Assembly: GCA_964437795.1 (NCBI GenBank)
Contig: CAYTIC010000003.1
Coordinates: forward strand, 93,835 to 157,834
Origin: an uncultured Dehalococcoidales bacterium
GTDB taxonomy: Bacteria > Chloroflexota > Dehalococcoidia > GIF9 > UBA5629
DNA: 64,000 bases
Reading direction: 5' to 3'
Part shown: piece after piece, positions 21,306 through 30,957 of the stretch
How the letters are laid out: each line of letters begins with the position of its first letter
How positions within the stretch are numbered: the stretch's first letter is position 1
Position numbers and translations under genes: made by a program
Notes under the pieces: model-generated
Told to the model about the DNA's origin: nothing
Databases searched by the model: none
What the model saw: the letters and a program-made list of their open reading frames with translations, nothing else

Positions 21306-21555
21306 TTTACTCTCCCAGGAAATTCGATCTTCCTGAATATTCATGTTGAACGTGAATCATTTTATAGCCAATCTGGCCATTTTTCAAAATTGTCGGCGCC
21401 TTTCCCATACCGGTATCGATCGCACCATACTATGTACACTGACTGAGTATCGTGAATATTTCAGCCGGATTGTTTAATCCGTATCCTTACTGCAACCTTG
21501 TTTGTATACCCGCGTTATTTGTAATATGCAGCATGCAGCCTTTATAATCAGCTTT

Positions 21556-22272
21556 ATGAAATCTCCCCGTTCTCATACCTGGGATCTCGATTCAAAACAG
21601 GCCCGTGAACTACAGACCAGACTCTCTAGTGAAGTCATCCGCTGCAGCAGCAGTATTGATGTTAAACTCATAGCCGGTGTCGATGTTTCGGCGTCCCGTT
21701 TCTCGAGGTCCGGGCGCGCAGCAATCGTAGTATTGGATTATCCATCGATGGAGCTTCGCGAGGTCGCTATCGCGGAGAGTAATATCGATTTCCCATATAT
21801 CCCGGGCCTGTTGTCATTCAGGGAAGCCCCACTGTATTTAAAGGCGTGGAAGAAATTAAAATCGCACCCCGATCTGTTGATGGTTGACGGTCAGGGTATT
21901 GCCCACCCCAGGAGGCTGGGGATCGCATCTCACCTGGGGCTGTTGCTGGACACGCCTGCCATAGGTTGCGCCAAGTCCCGTTTGATTGGTATGCATGACT
22001 CACTTCCCGACGAAGCCGGAGGCTACCGCCTGCTGATGGATAAGGACGAGGTAATCGGAGCAGTTGTCAGGACAAAACACCGGGTTCAGCCCGTCTATGT
22101 GTCGATCGGCCACAGGATTGACCTGGATAACGCCGTTTCATATGTCCTGGAATGCTGCCGCGGTTATCGCCTGCCGCAGCCTGCGCGCCTGGCGCACATG
22201 GCAGCCGGCGGTCAATTGGGGCTTCACGATTATGGCCACATGGCTGAGAAACAAAAGATGCGACGGAGATAA
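21556..22272 (+). CDS. nfi: Endonuclease V
   Basis: Motifs: AGVDVS, PYIPGLLSFRE, VDGQGIAHPRRLGIASHLG, IGCAKS, GYRLP.P.R.A. The start was chosen at MKSPRS by comparison with E. coli Nfi length. TATAAT lies 7 nt upstream. Confidence 0.88.
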   Translation: MKSPRSHTWDLDSKQARELQTRLSSEVIRCSSSIDVKLIAGVDVSASRFSRSGRAAIVVLDYPSMELREVAIAESNIDFPYIPGLLSFREAPLYLKAWKKLKSHPDLLMVDGQGIAHPRRLGIASHLGLLLDTPAIGCAKSRLIGMHDSLPDEAGGYRLLMDKDEVIGAVVRTKHRVQPVYVSIGHRIDLDNAVSYVLECCRGYRLPQPARLAHMAAGGQLGLHDYGHMAEKQKMRRR

Positions 22273-22275
22273 GTG

Positions 22276-23380
22276 ATGCAGGAAGAAAAAACACGTATTG
22301 AAGAGCTGCGGCGCAGGATCTCCGCCATCATGGAGCATCTTTGACGTCGCGGGCAAAGAGAAGCAACAAATAGCACTGGAGGCAAAGACTTCCGATCCGG
22401 GCTTCTGGTCCGACCAGCAAACAGCACAATCTGTGATGCGCCAGATAGGCGCGCTCAAAGACACCGTATCACAGTGGCGCGACATAGAAAACAAGGCATC
22501 CAGTGTAGAAGAGATCATTTCCATTGCGCTTGCTGAGGATGACGAATCCTTGAAGGCCGACGTGCATGGGGAGATCGACCGCATGGAAGCGCGCTTCAAC
22601 GATATCGAGGTGCAGCTCATGCTGGACGGCCCCTACGATAACAGGGACGCCATACTTGCCATACACGCCGGCGCAGGGGGAACCGAATCCCAGGACTGGG
22701 CACAGATGCTGATGCGCATGTTCCTGCGCTGGTCTGAACGGCACAAGATGCAATCTGACGTCCTGGACGTTTCGCCCGGAGACGAGGCCGGCATCAAGAG
22801 CGCAACTATTGAGATCAAGGGTAATTTCGCCTTTGGGAACCTGAAGTCGGAGCATGGCGTTCACAGGCTGGTTCGCCTATCGCCCTTTGATGCCGACCAC
22901 GCGCGGCATACTTCGTTTGCCCTTGTCGAGGTCATGCCCGAAGCAGAGGCCAGGACCGATCTGCAGATAAGCCCTGAGGATATCAGGATAGATACGTTCC
23001 GTTCGAGTGGACCGGGGGGCCAGCACATGCAAAAAACCAGCAGCGCAGTCAGGATCACGCACATACCTTCCGGCCTGGTAGTTAGTTGCCAGAGCGAGCG
23101 TTCGCAACATCAGAACAAGGAGAGCGCGCTCAGGGTGTTGTACGCGCGCCTGCTTGAGATAGAGATCGAAAAAAGAGAGGCGGAGAAAGCCAAGATCAAG
23201 GGAAAACGCATCGACGCGGGCTGGGGCAACCAGATACGCAGCTACGTGCTTCATCCATATAAGATGGTGAAGGACCACAGGACGGAGCATGAGACCAGCA
23301 ACACGGCCAACGTGCTGGACGGCGAGATCGACGAGTTCATCAATGCATATTTGCGCTCTAAAGTTGGAGAGGAAAAATGA
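22276..23380 (+). CDS. prfB: Peptide chain release factor 2, requires programmed +1 frameshift (join 22276..22341, 22343..23380)
   Basis: Frame 0 encodes MQEEKTRIEELRRRISAIMEHL and then hits TGA within CTT TGA C. The +1 frame continues DVAGKEK...FWSD, with the SPF tripeptide (RLSPFD) and GGQ (SGPGGQHMQ). Confidence 0.93.
22333..22345 (+). promoter_or_regulatory. RF2 autoregulatory +1 frameshift site (GGAG-N3-CTT TGA C)
   Basis: An internal SD-like GGAG at 22332-22335 lies 3 nt before the slippery CTT (22339-22341), which is followed by an in-frame TGA and then C. Confidence 0.85.
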
Positions 23381-24582
23381 TAAGGAAATTGACCGTTATC
23401 CTGCTTTTATTATTGACATTTCTGATACCTTCCGCGGTATCTGCAGCCACCGATATCAAGCTGCTGGACTCAAGCACCGAGGCTGACTTCCCCAATCTGC
23501 TCACCTTCAATGTCAGGGCTGAGAGCTCTTCACCCATAACGCGCATCAGGCTCCGCTACCAGGTCGACAAAAAGGTCTATGCGCCTACCTTTGCCGAGGC
23601 CTGGCCTGCTATTCAGCCTGCCAGAAATATCGAGGCCAACTGGAGCTGGGATATGCGTAAGGGTCCGCTGCCTCCCGGGGCCAGAGTAACATACTGGTGG
23701 GTAATCGAAGACAACGCGGGCAATAAGCTGATAACACCCAAAAACAACATAACCTTTGATGACACACGCTATAAATGGCAGAAGGTGAGCGATCAGAATA
23801 TTAATATCTACTGGTACCAGGGCAGCCGTTCCTTCGCCGACGATCTGCTTAAGGCGGCGGTTGCGGCCAAAGAACGATTGGAGAACGATACGGGTGCAAT
23901 CCTGGACAAGTCGGTTTACATCTATATCTACGCGAATTACAGCGACCTGCAAGGCTCTATTGTAGCCCCCGACGAATGGACAGGGGGCGTTGCCTACAGG
24001 GGATTCACGATTATCTCCATCGGCATCTCGCCCAACAACCTCAGCTGGGGGAAAAAAGCCGTGGCCCATGAGCTTGGCCACCTATTAACACAACAGGTAA
24101 CGGTCAGTCCCTATGGAGAGGTAAGGCCGCTCTGGCTTGATGAGGGGCTGGCCATGCATGCGGAGGGGGAACAGAGCGAAGCGGACAAGAAAGAGCTGCT
24201 GAGGTCCATCGAGGACGGCCGCATAGCCACGTTGCTCTCCCTTTCAAGCCCTTTCCCCGCCGGTCCCCAAGATGCCTATTTCGCATATGCTCAAAGCCAG
24301 AGTGTGATCGAGTACCTGATAAACACCTACGGCAAGGACAAAATCAACCGGTTGCTTGTGCTGCTCAATGAAGGCTACGGCATGGACGATGCCCTCACCA
24401 GCGTTTACGGCTTCGATTTGAGCGGCCTTGATGAAGCGTGGCTGAAGTATATGACCGCAGGGCCGAGTGACGTTACAGAGCCGGGAAAGATCACTCTTTG
24501 GGGTTCGCATCTGACATGGCCCGTTCCCGCTAATCTATGTCTTTCTCCTGCCGAATGCGTATCCGCAGCGGGAGGAGGTTAA
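23377..24582 (+). CDS. Secreted peptidase MA-like zinc metalloprotease (HExxH)
   Basis: 401 aa. N-terminal signal/TM segment, the AHELGHLL motif and a downstream WLDEGLAMHAEG third-ligand motif. The ATG overlaps the prfB stop (ATGA). Confidence 0.7.
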   Translation: MIRKLTVILLLLLTFLIPSAVSAATDIKLLDSSTEADFPNLLTFNVRAESSSPITRIRLRYQVDKKVYAPTFAEAWPAIQPARNIEANWSWDMRKGPLPPGARVTYWWVIEDNAGNKLITPKNNITFDDTRYKWQKVSDQNINIYWYQGSRSFADDLLKAAVAAKERLENDTGAILDKSVYIYIYANYSDLQGSIVAPDEWTGGVAYRGFTIISIGISPNNLSWGKKAVAHELGHLLTQQVTVSPYGEVRPLWLDEGLAMHAEGEQSEADKKELLRSIEDGRIATLLSLSSPFPAGPQDAYFAYAQSQSVIEYLINTYGKDKINRLLVLLNEGYGMDDALTSVYGFDLSGLDEAWLKYMTAGPSDVTEPGKITLWGSHLTWPVPANLCLSPAECVSAAGGG

Positions 24583-25278
24583 ATGGAGACGGAGAGGACC
24601 TACACGGTCCACGACCTGCCGGCCTCCGACAGGCCGCGGGAGCGCCTGAAAAGGCTGGGGCCGGAAGTGCTTTCAACCGCTGAATTGCTTGCCTGCATTA
24701 TGGGCAGCGGCACGCGGGGTGACTCGGTTATTATGACGTCTCAAAAATTGCTTTCGGAGTTCGGCAACCTGCAGAACATCGCCTCAGCATCCATCCAGGA
24801 GCTGTCAAAGTCAAGGGGTATAGGTGAGGCCAGGGCTATACAGGTGAAAGCTGCTTTTGAGATCGGCAGGAGGCTGGCTGATCCCGACTACGGTGATAAA
24901 GGAAAGCCCGTTCAGTCCCCCCAGGAAGCTTTTTCCTCCATGCAGGAAAAACTGCGGGGAAAGAAAAGGGAGCATTTCTACATACTCTGTCTCGATACCC
25001 GTAACCGTGTCAACAGCAAGAAACAAATCTCCATGGGCAACCTGGACAGCAGCATTGTCCACCCCCGTGAAGTATTCAAAGACGCCATTTCATCACTGGC
25101 AGCGGCAGTTATCTTCGTGCACAACCACCCTTCCGGCGACCTCGAGCCGTCATCGGAGGATTTGAACCTGACCAGGAGGCTGGTAGAGGCGGGCGAACCG
25201 CTGGGCATCCCGGTGCTCGACCATATTATCGTCAGCGACAAAGGTTATACCAGTTTGAAATCAAGGAATCTTATTTGA
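24583..25278 (+). CDS. radC: RadC-family JAB/MPN domain protein
   Basis: 231 aa. HhH region (LS..ELLA......G) and JAMM motif HNHPSGDLEPSSED. The start directly abuts the upstream stop. Confidence 0.88.
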   Translation: METERTYTVHDLPASDRPRERLKRLGPEVLSTAELLACIMGSGTRGDSVIMTSQKLLSEFGNLQNIASASIQELSKSRGIGEARAIQVKAAFEIGRRLADPDYGDKGKPVQSPQEAFSSMQEKLRGKKREHFYILCLDTRNRVNSKKQISMGNLDSSIVHPREVFKDAISSLAAAVIFVHNHPSGDLEPSSEDLNLTRRLVEAGEPLGIPVLDHIIVSDKGYTSLKSRNLI

Positions 25279-25287
25279 GGTCAATAC

Positions 25288-26889
25288 ATGAAAAGGAATC
25301 TTCTGTTTAAATTGTTTGGGTTAATAGCGATCAGCGTATTTATCATATCTGCGCTTGCAGGGTGTGGCCCTCTCGATGTCGATGACATCGACATCCAATC
25401 AAACCCGGGCGGCACCCTAAAACTGTGGGACATCGGACCGCTCACCCTGGACCCGGCCATATCCAACGAGATGTCGTCCCATCTCTACGTCATACAGATC
25501 TTCAACGGTCTGGTCAAATTCAATGAGAATCTCGAGCCCATCCCTGACCTTGCCGAGCGCTGGGAGGTAAGCCCTGACGGTAAAACATACACGTTCTTCC
25601 TGCGCCAGGATGCCCGTTTCCATGACGGCAGGCCTGTCACAGCGGGCGATGTCAAGTACTCGTGGGAGAGGGCGTGCAGCCCGGCTACCGGATCACAGAC
25701 GGCATCCAGCTACCTTAATGATATAGTGGGATCGGCTGATGTGCTGTCGGGCAAAGCTGAAAACCTCAGCGGTTTATCGATAATCAACGATTACACCCTT
25801 TCGGTCACCGCGGATGCGCCTAAGGCTTATTTCCTGTCCAAGCTGGCTTACCCGACTGCCTTCATAGTCGACAGGAAAAATGTGGAGTCAGGCAATGGCT
25901 GGTGGCATAAGCCTAACGGCAGCGGTCCCTACAGGCTGACCAGGTGGAACGAAGGTTCCCTCATCATACTGCAGCCCAACCAGTACTATTATGGGGAAAA
26001 GGCTAAAGTCCGTTTGGCCTTTCAATTGCTGGACGGGGTACCTATGACCCTCTACGAAACAGGCAAGATCGACGTAGCTGAAATCAGCCAATTATATATA
26101 GACCGTGCCTCCGATCAAATGGGGCCGTTCTTCGATCAACTTCACGTTTACCCCGAGTTCAGCCTGCAATATATAGCATTCAATACCAGCAAGCCGCCTT
26201 TCGACGATCCTCTTGTCAGGCAGGCTTTCAGTCAGTCAGTGGATAAGGAACATATAATCAGGATCATACAGAAAAGCATGGTCAGCCGGGCGGACGGCAT
26301 AATTCCGCCCGGTATGCCCGGTTACAACAAGGAGTTAAAGGGCCTCAGCTTTGATCCGGCACATGCCAGGGAGCTGCTGGCCAAATCAAGCTATAGCTCC
26401 GGCCTTCCTCCTGTCACAATCACCATTCTTGGCTGGGGGGGAGTGGACGTTGAGCCCTACCTGGGGGCCATAATACAGGACTGGAAAAAAAATCTTGGGG
26501 CCGACGTGTCGATCAGGTTGCTGGAACCCGACCCGTTTCATTACAGCCTCCAGCAGGAGGCCGACGAAATGTATCTGTTGGGCTGGGTAGCTGATTACCC
26601 TGACCCGCAGAACTTCCTGCAAACGCTCTTCTATACCAGCTCAGAGTATAATCACGGCCGTTTCTCAAGCAAGGAACTGGACGACCTGATTGACAGGGCC
26701 GCCGTCGAGCAAGACCACGGCAAGCGCATGGGATTATACCGGCAGGCTGAGCAGGCCGTTGTCGACCAGGCGCCCGTTATACCGCTCTGGTTCAACAAGA
26801 ACTACGTGCTGGTGAATCCACGCATAAAGGACTACAGCATCGACCCGCTGGGAGTTCCGCGTCTCAACCTCGTAACTATTGAAAATTAG
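25288..26889 (+). CDS. ABC transporter substrate-binding lipoprotein, family 5 (peptide/nickel type)
   Basis: 533 aa. Lipobox LAGC. Motifs: PDLAERWEVSPDGKTYTFFLR....FHDG.PVTA.DVKYS and GW.ADYPDP.NF. No permease or ATPase genes are adjacent. Confidence 0.85.
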   Translation: MKRNLLFKLFGLIAISVFIISALAGCGPLDVDDIDIQSNPGGTLKLWDIGPLTLDPAISNEMSSHLYVIQIFNGLVKFNENLEPIPDLAERWEVSPDGKTYTFFLRQDARFHDGRPVTAGDVKYSWERACSPATGSQTASSYLNDIVGSADVLSGKAENLSGLSIINDYTLSVTADAPKAYFLSKLAYPTAFIVDRKNVESGNGWWHKPNGSGPYRLTRWNEGSLIILQPNQYYYGEKAKVRLAFQLLDGVPMTLYETGKIDVAEISQLYIDRASDQMGPFFDQLHVYPEFSLQYIAFNTSKPPFDDPLVRQAFSQSVDKEHIIRIIQKSMVSRADGIIPPGMPGYNKELKGLSFDPAHARELLAKSSYSSGLPPVTITILGWGGVDVEPYLGAIIQDWKKNLGADVSIRLLEPDPFHYSLQQEADEMYLLGWVADYPDPQNFLQTLFYTSSEYNHGRFSSKELDDLIDRAAVEQDHGKRMGLYRQAEQAVVDQAPVIPLWFNKNYVLVNPRIKDYSIDPLGVPRLNLVTIEN

Positions 26890-26939
26890 CTATATAATTA
26901 GCGTGCTCCGCGGCAAAATGATTACGAAAGGAGAGCCAG

Positions 26940-27371
26940 ATGGATAGGAATGCATTGGAAGCACCGTGCGGGATCCACTGCGGGCTATGTCCACTAAATT
27001 TAGCGATCAAGGATGACAAGCTGAGGGCCAGGCTCTCAGAGACATTGAAACTCCCTCCGGATAAAGCCACGTGCACCGGCTGCAGGTCCATAGACGGTTA
27101 CTGCCCCGTGATAGGGGAGCAATGCGCTACCTGGATTTGCATCAAAGCCAAGGGCCTGGAGTTCTGTTCAGAATGCATCGACTTTCCCTGCGTAAAACTG
27201 ATGCCTTGTTCCGACCGTGCCGACAGGCTCCCTCATAATCTCAAGATCGCCAGCCTGGCACTGAGAAAGAGCAAAGGGTCATTTGAATGGGAAAAGGCCA
27301 TTAAAGATATTTATGCACGTTATTTCCACGGTAAAATGGTCATAGGCCATGGTCCGCAGCTAAAAGAATAG
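26940..27371 (+). CDS. DUF3795-family Cys-rich protein
   Basis: 143 aa. CG.HCGLCP near the N-terminus, then CTGCRS...CP....C..W.C and FCSEC.DFPC. Confidence 0.75.
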   Translation: MDRNALEAPCGIHCGLCPLNLAIKDDKLRARLSETLKLPPDKATCTGCRSIDGYCPVIGEQCATWICIKAKGLEFCSECIDFPCVKLMPCSDRADRLPHNLKIASLALRKSKGSFEWEKAIKDIYARYFHGKMVIGHGPQLKE

Positions 27372-27405
27372 CTTTCTAAAAATAATTAAGGAAGTCCATA
27401 AGCGA

Positions 27406-28443
27406 ATGGCAGTCGGCTACGTAAGCAGCGAGATCTATCAGCATCATGATACAGGCAACCATGTCGAGAACAAGGAACGCCTGACGGCGATAGATGCCAT
27501 ACTTGAAAAGACCAAGGTCAAGGAACAGCTTCTTCTTATCCCTCCCCGCCCTGCCACCATCGACGAGATAGCCGCAGTACACGACAGAGAATATATCAGC
27601 AGCTTGAAAGCAGAAATAGACAGCGGCGGCGGCTGGCTCGATCCCGATACCTATGCGTCTCCCGGTTCATGGGAGGCGGCCATCTATGCTGCCGGCGGTG
27701 TGATGACAGCCGTTGAGCATGTCATGAATAAAAAGGCCGAGGGCGTTTTTGCCGCGGTCAGGCCGCCCGGACATCACGCCGTGCGTTCCCACCAGATGGG
27801 TTTCTGCCTGTTCAACAACGCCGCCATCGCCGCACGTTTTGCACTGGCCAACTACGATATCAAGCGAATATTGATAATCGATTTTGATGTCCACCACGGC
27901 AATGGTACTCAGGAGGCCTTCTACAGCGAATCACAGGTATTGTATTGTTCCACCCACGAGTATCCCTGGTACCCGTTCACAGGTGCAGCTGAAGACATAG
28001 GTAAAGGGGCCGGGGAGGGGTATACATTAAATATGCCGCTTGAAGCGGGCCTGGGCGATAACGAATATCTCCAGGTTTTCAACGAAGTACTGGTTCCCAT
28101 GTCGAAGCGTTATCAGCCTGACCTTGTGCTGGTATCGGCCGGCTACGATGCCCACTGGGAGGACACAATATCCAACATGACGCTTACCACCATGGGATTT
28201 GCGCGTATGACCAAAATTATTAAAGCCATTTCAGATGAGTTTTGTAGCGGACGCCTGGTATTTACACTGGAAGGGGGTTATAACCACACCGCGCTGGCCT
28301 ATTCCGTTGCCGCTACACTGGAACTTCTCATGGGTCACGCCGAGGTCTACGATCCCCTGGGGCCGCCTCCCATGTCGTACTCACCCAAGGATTTCATCGA
28401 CTATATACGCAACCTCCGCTCCATCCATAAACTTCAGGATTAG
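27406..28443 (+). CDS. Histone deacetylase-family (acetoin utilization/acetylpolyamine-type) deacetylase
   Basis: Motifs: RPPGHHA, DFDVHHGNGTQ, SAGYDAH, EGGY. Confidence 0.88.
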   Translation: MAVGYVSSEIYQHHDTGNHVENKERLTAIDAILEKTKVKEQLLLIPPRPATIDEIAAVHDREYISSLKAEIDSGGGWLDPDTYASPGSWEAAIYAAGGVMTAVEHVMNKKAEGVFAAVRPPGHHAVRSHQMGFCLFNNAAIAARFALANYDIKRILIIDFDVHHGNGTQEAFYSESQVLYCSTHEYPWYPFTGAAEDIGKGAGEGYTLNMPLEAGLGDNEYLQVFNEVLVPMSKRYQPDLVLVSAGYDAHWEDTISNMTLTTMGFARMTKIIKAISDEFCSGRLVFTLEGGYNHTALAYSVAATLELLMGHAEVYDPLGPPPMSYSPKDFIDYIRNLRSIHKLQD

Positions 28444-28460
28444 TGCTGTCACAACAAAAA

Positions 28461-28482
28461 ATGCGGGGCGTACGCCCCGCAT
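28461..28482 (-). terminator. Intrinsic terminator after the secDF transcription unit
   Basis: Perfect palindrome ATGCGGGGCG TA CGCCCCGCAT, followed on the minus strand by TTTTTTG. It may also stop the convergent deacetylase gene. Confidence 0.6.
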
Positions 28483-28505
28483 TCATGTCGTTAACGGAGT
28501 ATTAT

Positions 28506-28637
28506 TCAGCCTTCTTTGCTACCGATACCTAAAAACAGTATTACCAAAACGCCTAATATCATGCCCGCAATGCCCATAAACGTGGCCAGCGGGATCATGA
28601 GCAAAGCCCATAAACCGATAAAAAGGTTCCTATCCAT
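28506..28637 (-). CDS. Candidate 43-aa hydrophobic small membrane protein downstream of secF
   Basis: It is not in the ORF track because it is under 60 aa. My hand translation is MDRNLFIGLWALLMIPLATFMGIAGMILGVLVILFLGIGSKEG. AAGGGGG lies 4 nt before the ATG. It sits between secF and the terminator. Confidence 0.4.
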   Translation of the reverse strand: MDRNLFIGLWALLMIPLATFMGIAGMILGVLVILFLGIGSKEG

Positions 28638-28685
28638 AAAGCCCCCTTATAATCTCCATCAGTCGATATGCATTGATCATATTTA

Positions 28686-29582
28686 TCAGGCAGTCCTGGA
28701 CTCAGTTTTGAGGCCCCTTTCCCACAAAACCAGGAGCGGTCCGGCCACAAATATTGAGTCATAGATACCGACTAAAACACCGACCATCAGCGCCATGATA
28801 AACTGCTGAATCGTCACTCCACCGAACAGGTACAGTGCGAGACAGGTCAAAATCACCGTCAGGCTGGTATTGATGCAGCGGGCGATGGTCTCCAGTATGC
28901 TCGAGTTCACCGTTGTGGCGAAATCTTTACTTATCCCTTTGCGAACGTTTTCGCGTATGCGGTCATAGACCACGCAGGTATTGTTTATGGCGAATCCCAC
29001 TATGGTCAGCATGGCTACGATGAACATGGAGTCAACCTGGTAGCCTACCAGCCAGCCCAATATAGAGAAGACTCCCATGACGATCAACACGTCATGCAGC
29101 AGGGCGATGACAGCGCTGAAGCCCCATTTGAACGGGTTTGGCATGTGTCGGAAGGCAAAGGCGATGTAAAGTATCATGAATACGGATGCCACTAAAACTG
29201 CAATGGCCGCGTTGCGCGCCACTTCATTGGCTACCAGCGGCGATACCGTGGCAAAATCCCTGATAGTAACGTCTCCATTAAGCCCTTTCTTGAGCCCGTC
29301 GATCAGCGCGATCTTCTGATCGGAATTGATATCTTTGGTACGGACGAGGAAATCGCCGTCGCTGGTCTTCTGGATCGTGGCATCCTCGTATCCCAACTGG
29401 GACATCTGCTGCCGCAGAGCGGATTGCTCGACCGTCGGGTTGAATCGCAGGGTCATAACGGTGCCGCTGCTGAAATCGATCCCCAGATTAAATCCGACTG
29501 CCAGCATCGAAATGATGCCCGGCACCAGTAAAAATATAGAGATCAGGAAAAACCATTTGCGGTTACCTACAATATCGATCAT
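28686..29582 (-). CDS. secF: Protein translocase subunit SecF
   Basis: 298 aa. Motifs: G.DF.GGT and the RND-like six-TM core with YDRIREN. It overlaps the secD stop. Confidence 0.93.
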   Translation of the reverse strand: MIDIVGNRKWFFLISIFLLVPGIISMLAVGFNLGIDFSSGTVMTLRFNPTVEQSALRQQMSQLGYEDATIQKTSDGDFLVRTKDINSDQKIALIDGLKKGLNGDVTIRDFATVSPLVANEVARNAAIAVLVASVFMILYIAFAFRHMPNPFKWGFSAVIALLHDVLIVMGVFSILGWLVGYQVDSMFIVAMLTIVGFAINNTCVVYDRIRENVRKGISKDFATTVNSSILETIARCINTSLTVILTCLALYLFGGVTIQQFIMALMVGVLVGIYDSIFVAGPLLVLWERGLKTESRTA

Positions 29583-30898
29583 GCTTTTACTCCGTAGAAC
29601 CAGGTATTCTTAACGACCCGGGCCGTCATGGAAAGGAACAGCCTGCTGACCGTGATGGCAGTGAACATGCTAAGGGCCACGCCGATGAAAAGTGTCAGGG
29701 CAAAGCCCTTGACCAGGAAGGCCCCGAATGTATCTCCGAACCAGTAAAGCACGATGCAGGCTATGAATGTAGTCACATTGCTGTCGCGTATGGCCAGCCA
29801 GGCACGGTTGAAGCCCGCATCCACGGCGGCCCCCATCGTACGCCCGGCCCTGAGTTCCTCCTTCATACGCTCAAAGATCAGGATATTAGCGTCTACCGCC
29901 ATACCGACTGACACCACGCCGGCTGCGATACCGGCCATGGTCAGGGTGACCGGCACCAGTTTGAAGATGGCAGTCAGTATGATGCCGTAAATTATCAGGG
30001 CCAGCGTCGCAATGACACCAGCCATGCGATAGTACAGGATCATAAAGAGGGCTATCAGGATGAGCCCTATGGCGCCTGCCACAATACTCTTTTTTATTGA
30101 ATCCGAACCCAGGGTCGCATCAACAGTCTGCTCCTGGATTACGGTCAGGGGCACATCGAGTGAACCGGAATTGAGCTGAATGGCCAGGTTCTGCGCTTCC
30201 TTCATATCCATGCCCTCGATGATGCCGCTGCTCTTGATAACGGCACGTACCGTGGGCGCCGAAATGACCTGGTTGTCAAGGAATATTCCCAGGGGTTTAT
30301 TGATATTACGCTTGGTGACCTGTTCGAAGAGTATCGCACCCTCATCATTCCACTCGAATGCCACCTCAGGCTCGTTGGTATTAGGTTTTAACTCTACCCT
30401 GGAGTTGGGCTTAAGGTATTTTCCGGTTAGATCTTTGACCTGACCGTCGCTGCCGGTGGCCTTGGCAACCTTCCAGATAACCTCGCCTTTATCATCCGTT
30501 TGCGCTTGCCCGGACAGGTCCGAGGTAGTCTCTTTGAATTCCAGGAGGGCGACCTGCCCAATCAGCTTCTTGGCTTCATCCACGTTTTTTTCGCCGGGCA
30601 ACTGGACCAGTATGCGGTTCTCTCCCTGCCGCTGAATGATAGGCTCTTTTACGCCGAACGCGTTGGCGCGCCGCTCGATTTTGCTGACGACGCTGGTCAT
30701 GACCTGGTCTACCGTCTGTGACGGGTCTTTCTTGGAGAGGTCAGCTTCGTAAACAAGGTATGCGCCGCCTTTTAAGTCGAGACCCAGGGCGAGCCCCTGC
30801 CGGCCGAAGCGGTCGCTATCCAGCGGGGCAATTGCCCAGATGCTGAACCCGACCAATATAGCTATAAACAAAAGTAGCAAAGTATCACTTGTTTTCAA
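29579..30898 (-). CDS. secD: Protein translocase subunit SecD
   Basis: 439 aa. Motifs: LGLDL.GG, periplasmic P1 domain, LGP.LG-like region and C-terminal TM bundle (DANILIFERMKEE). TTG start. Confidence 0.93.
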   Translation of the reverse strand: MKTSDTLLLLFIAILVGFSIWAIAPLDSDRFGRQGLALGLDLKGGAYLVYEADLSKKDPSQTVDQVMTSVVSKIERRANAFGVKEPIIQRQGENRILVQLPGEKNVDEAKKLIGQVALLEFKETTSDLSGQAQTDDKGEVIWKVAKATGSDGQVKDLTGKYLKPNSRVELKPNTNEPEVAFEWNDEGAILFEQVTKRNINKPLGIFLDNQVISAPTVRAVIKSSGIIEGMDMKEAQNLAIQLNSGSLDVPLTVIQEQTVDATLGSDSIKKSIVAGAIGLILIALFMILYYRMAGVIATLALIIYGIILTAIFKLVPVTLTMAGIAAGVVSVGMAVDANILIFERMKEELRAGRTMGAAVDAGFNRAWLAIRDSNVTTFIACIVLYWFGDTFGAFLVKGFALTLFIGVALSMFTAITVSRLFLSMTARVVKNTWFYGVKA

Positions 30899-30957
30899 TT
30901 ATCTATTCTCCCTCCTGATCAGAGTTTCAATCACAATCCGGGTCACGCTTTTAAATC

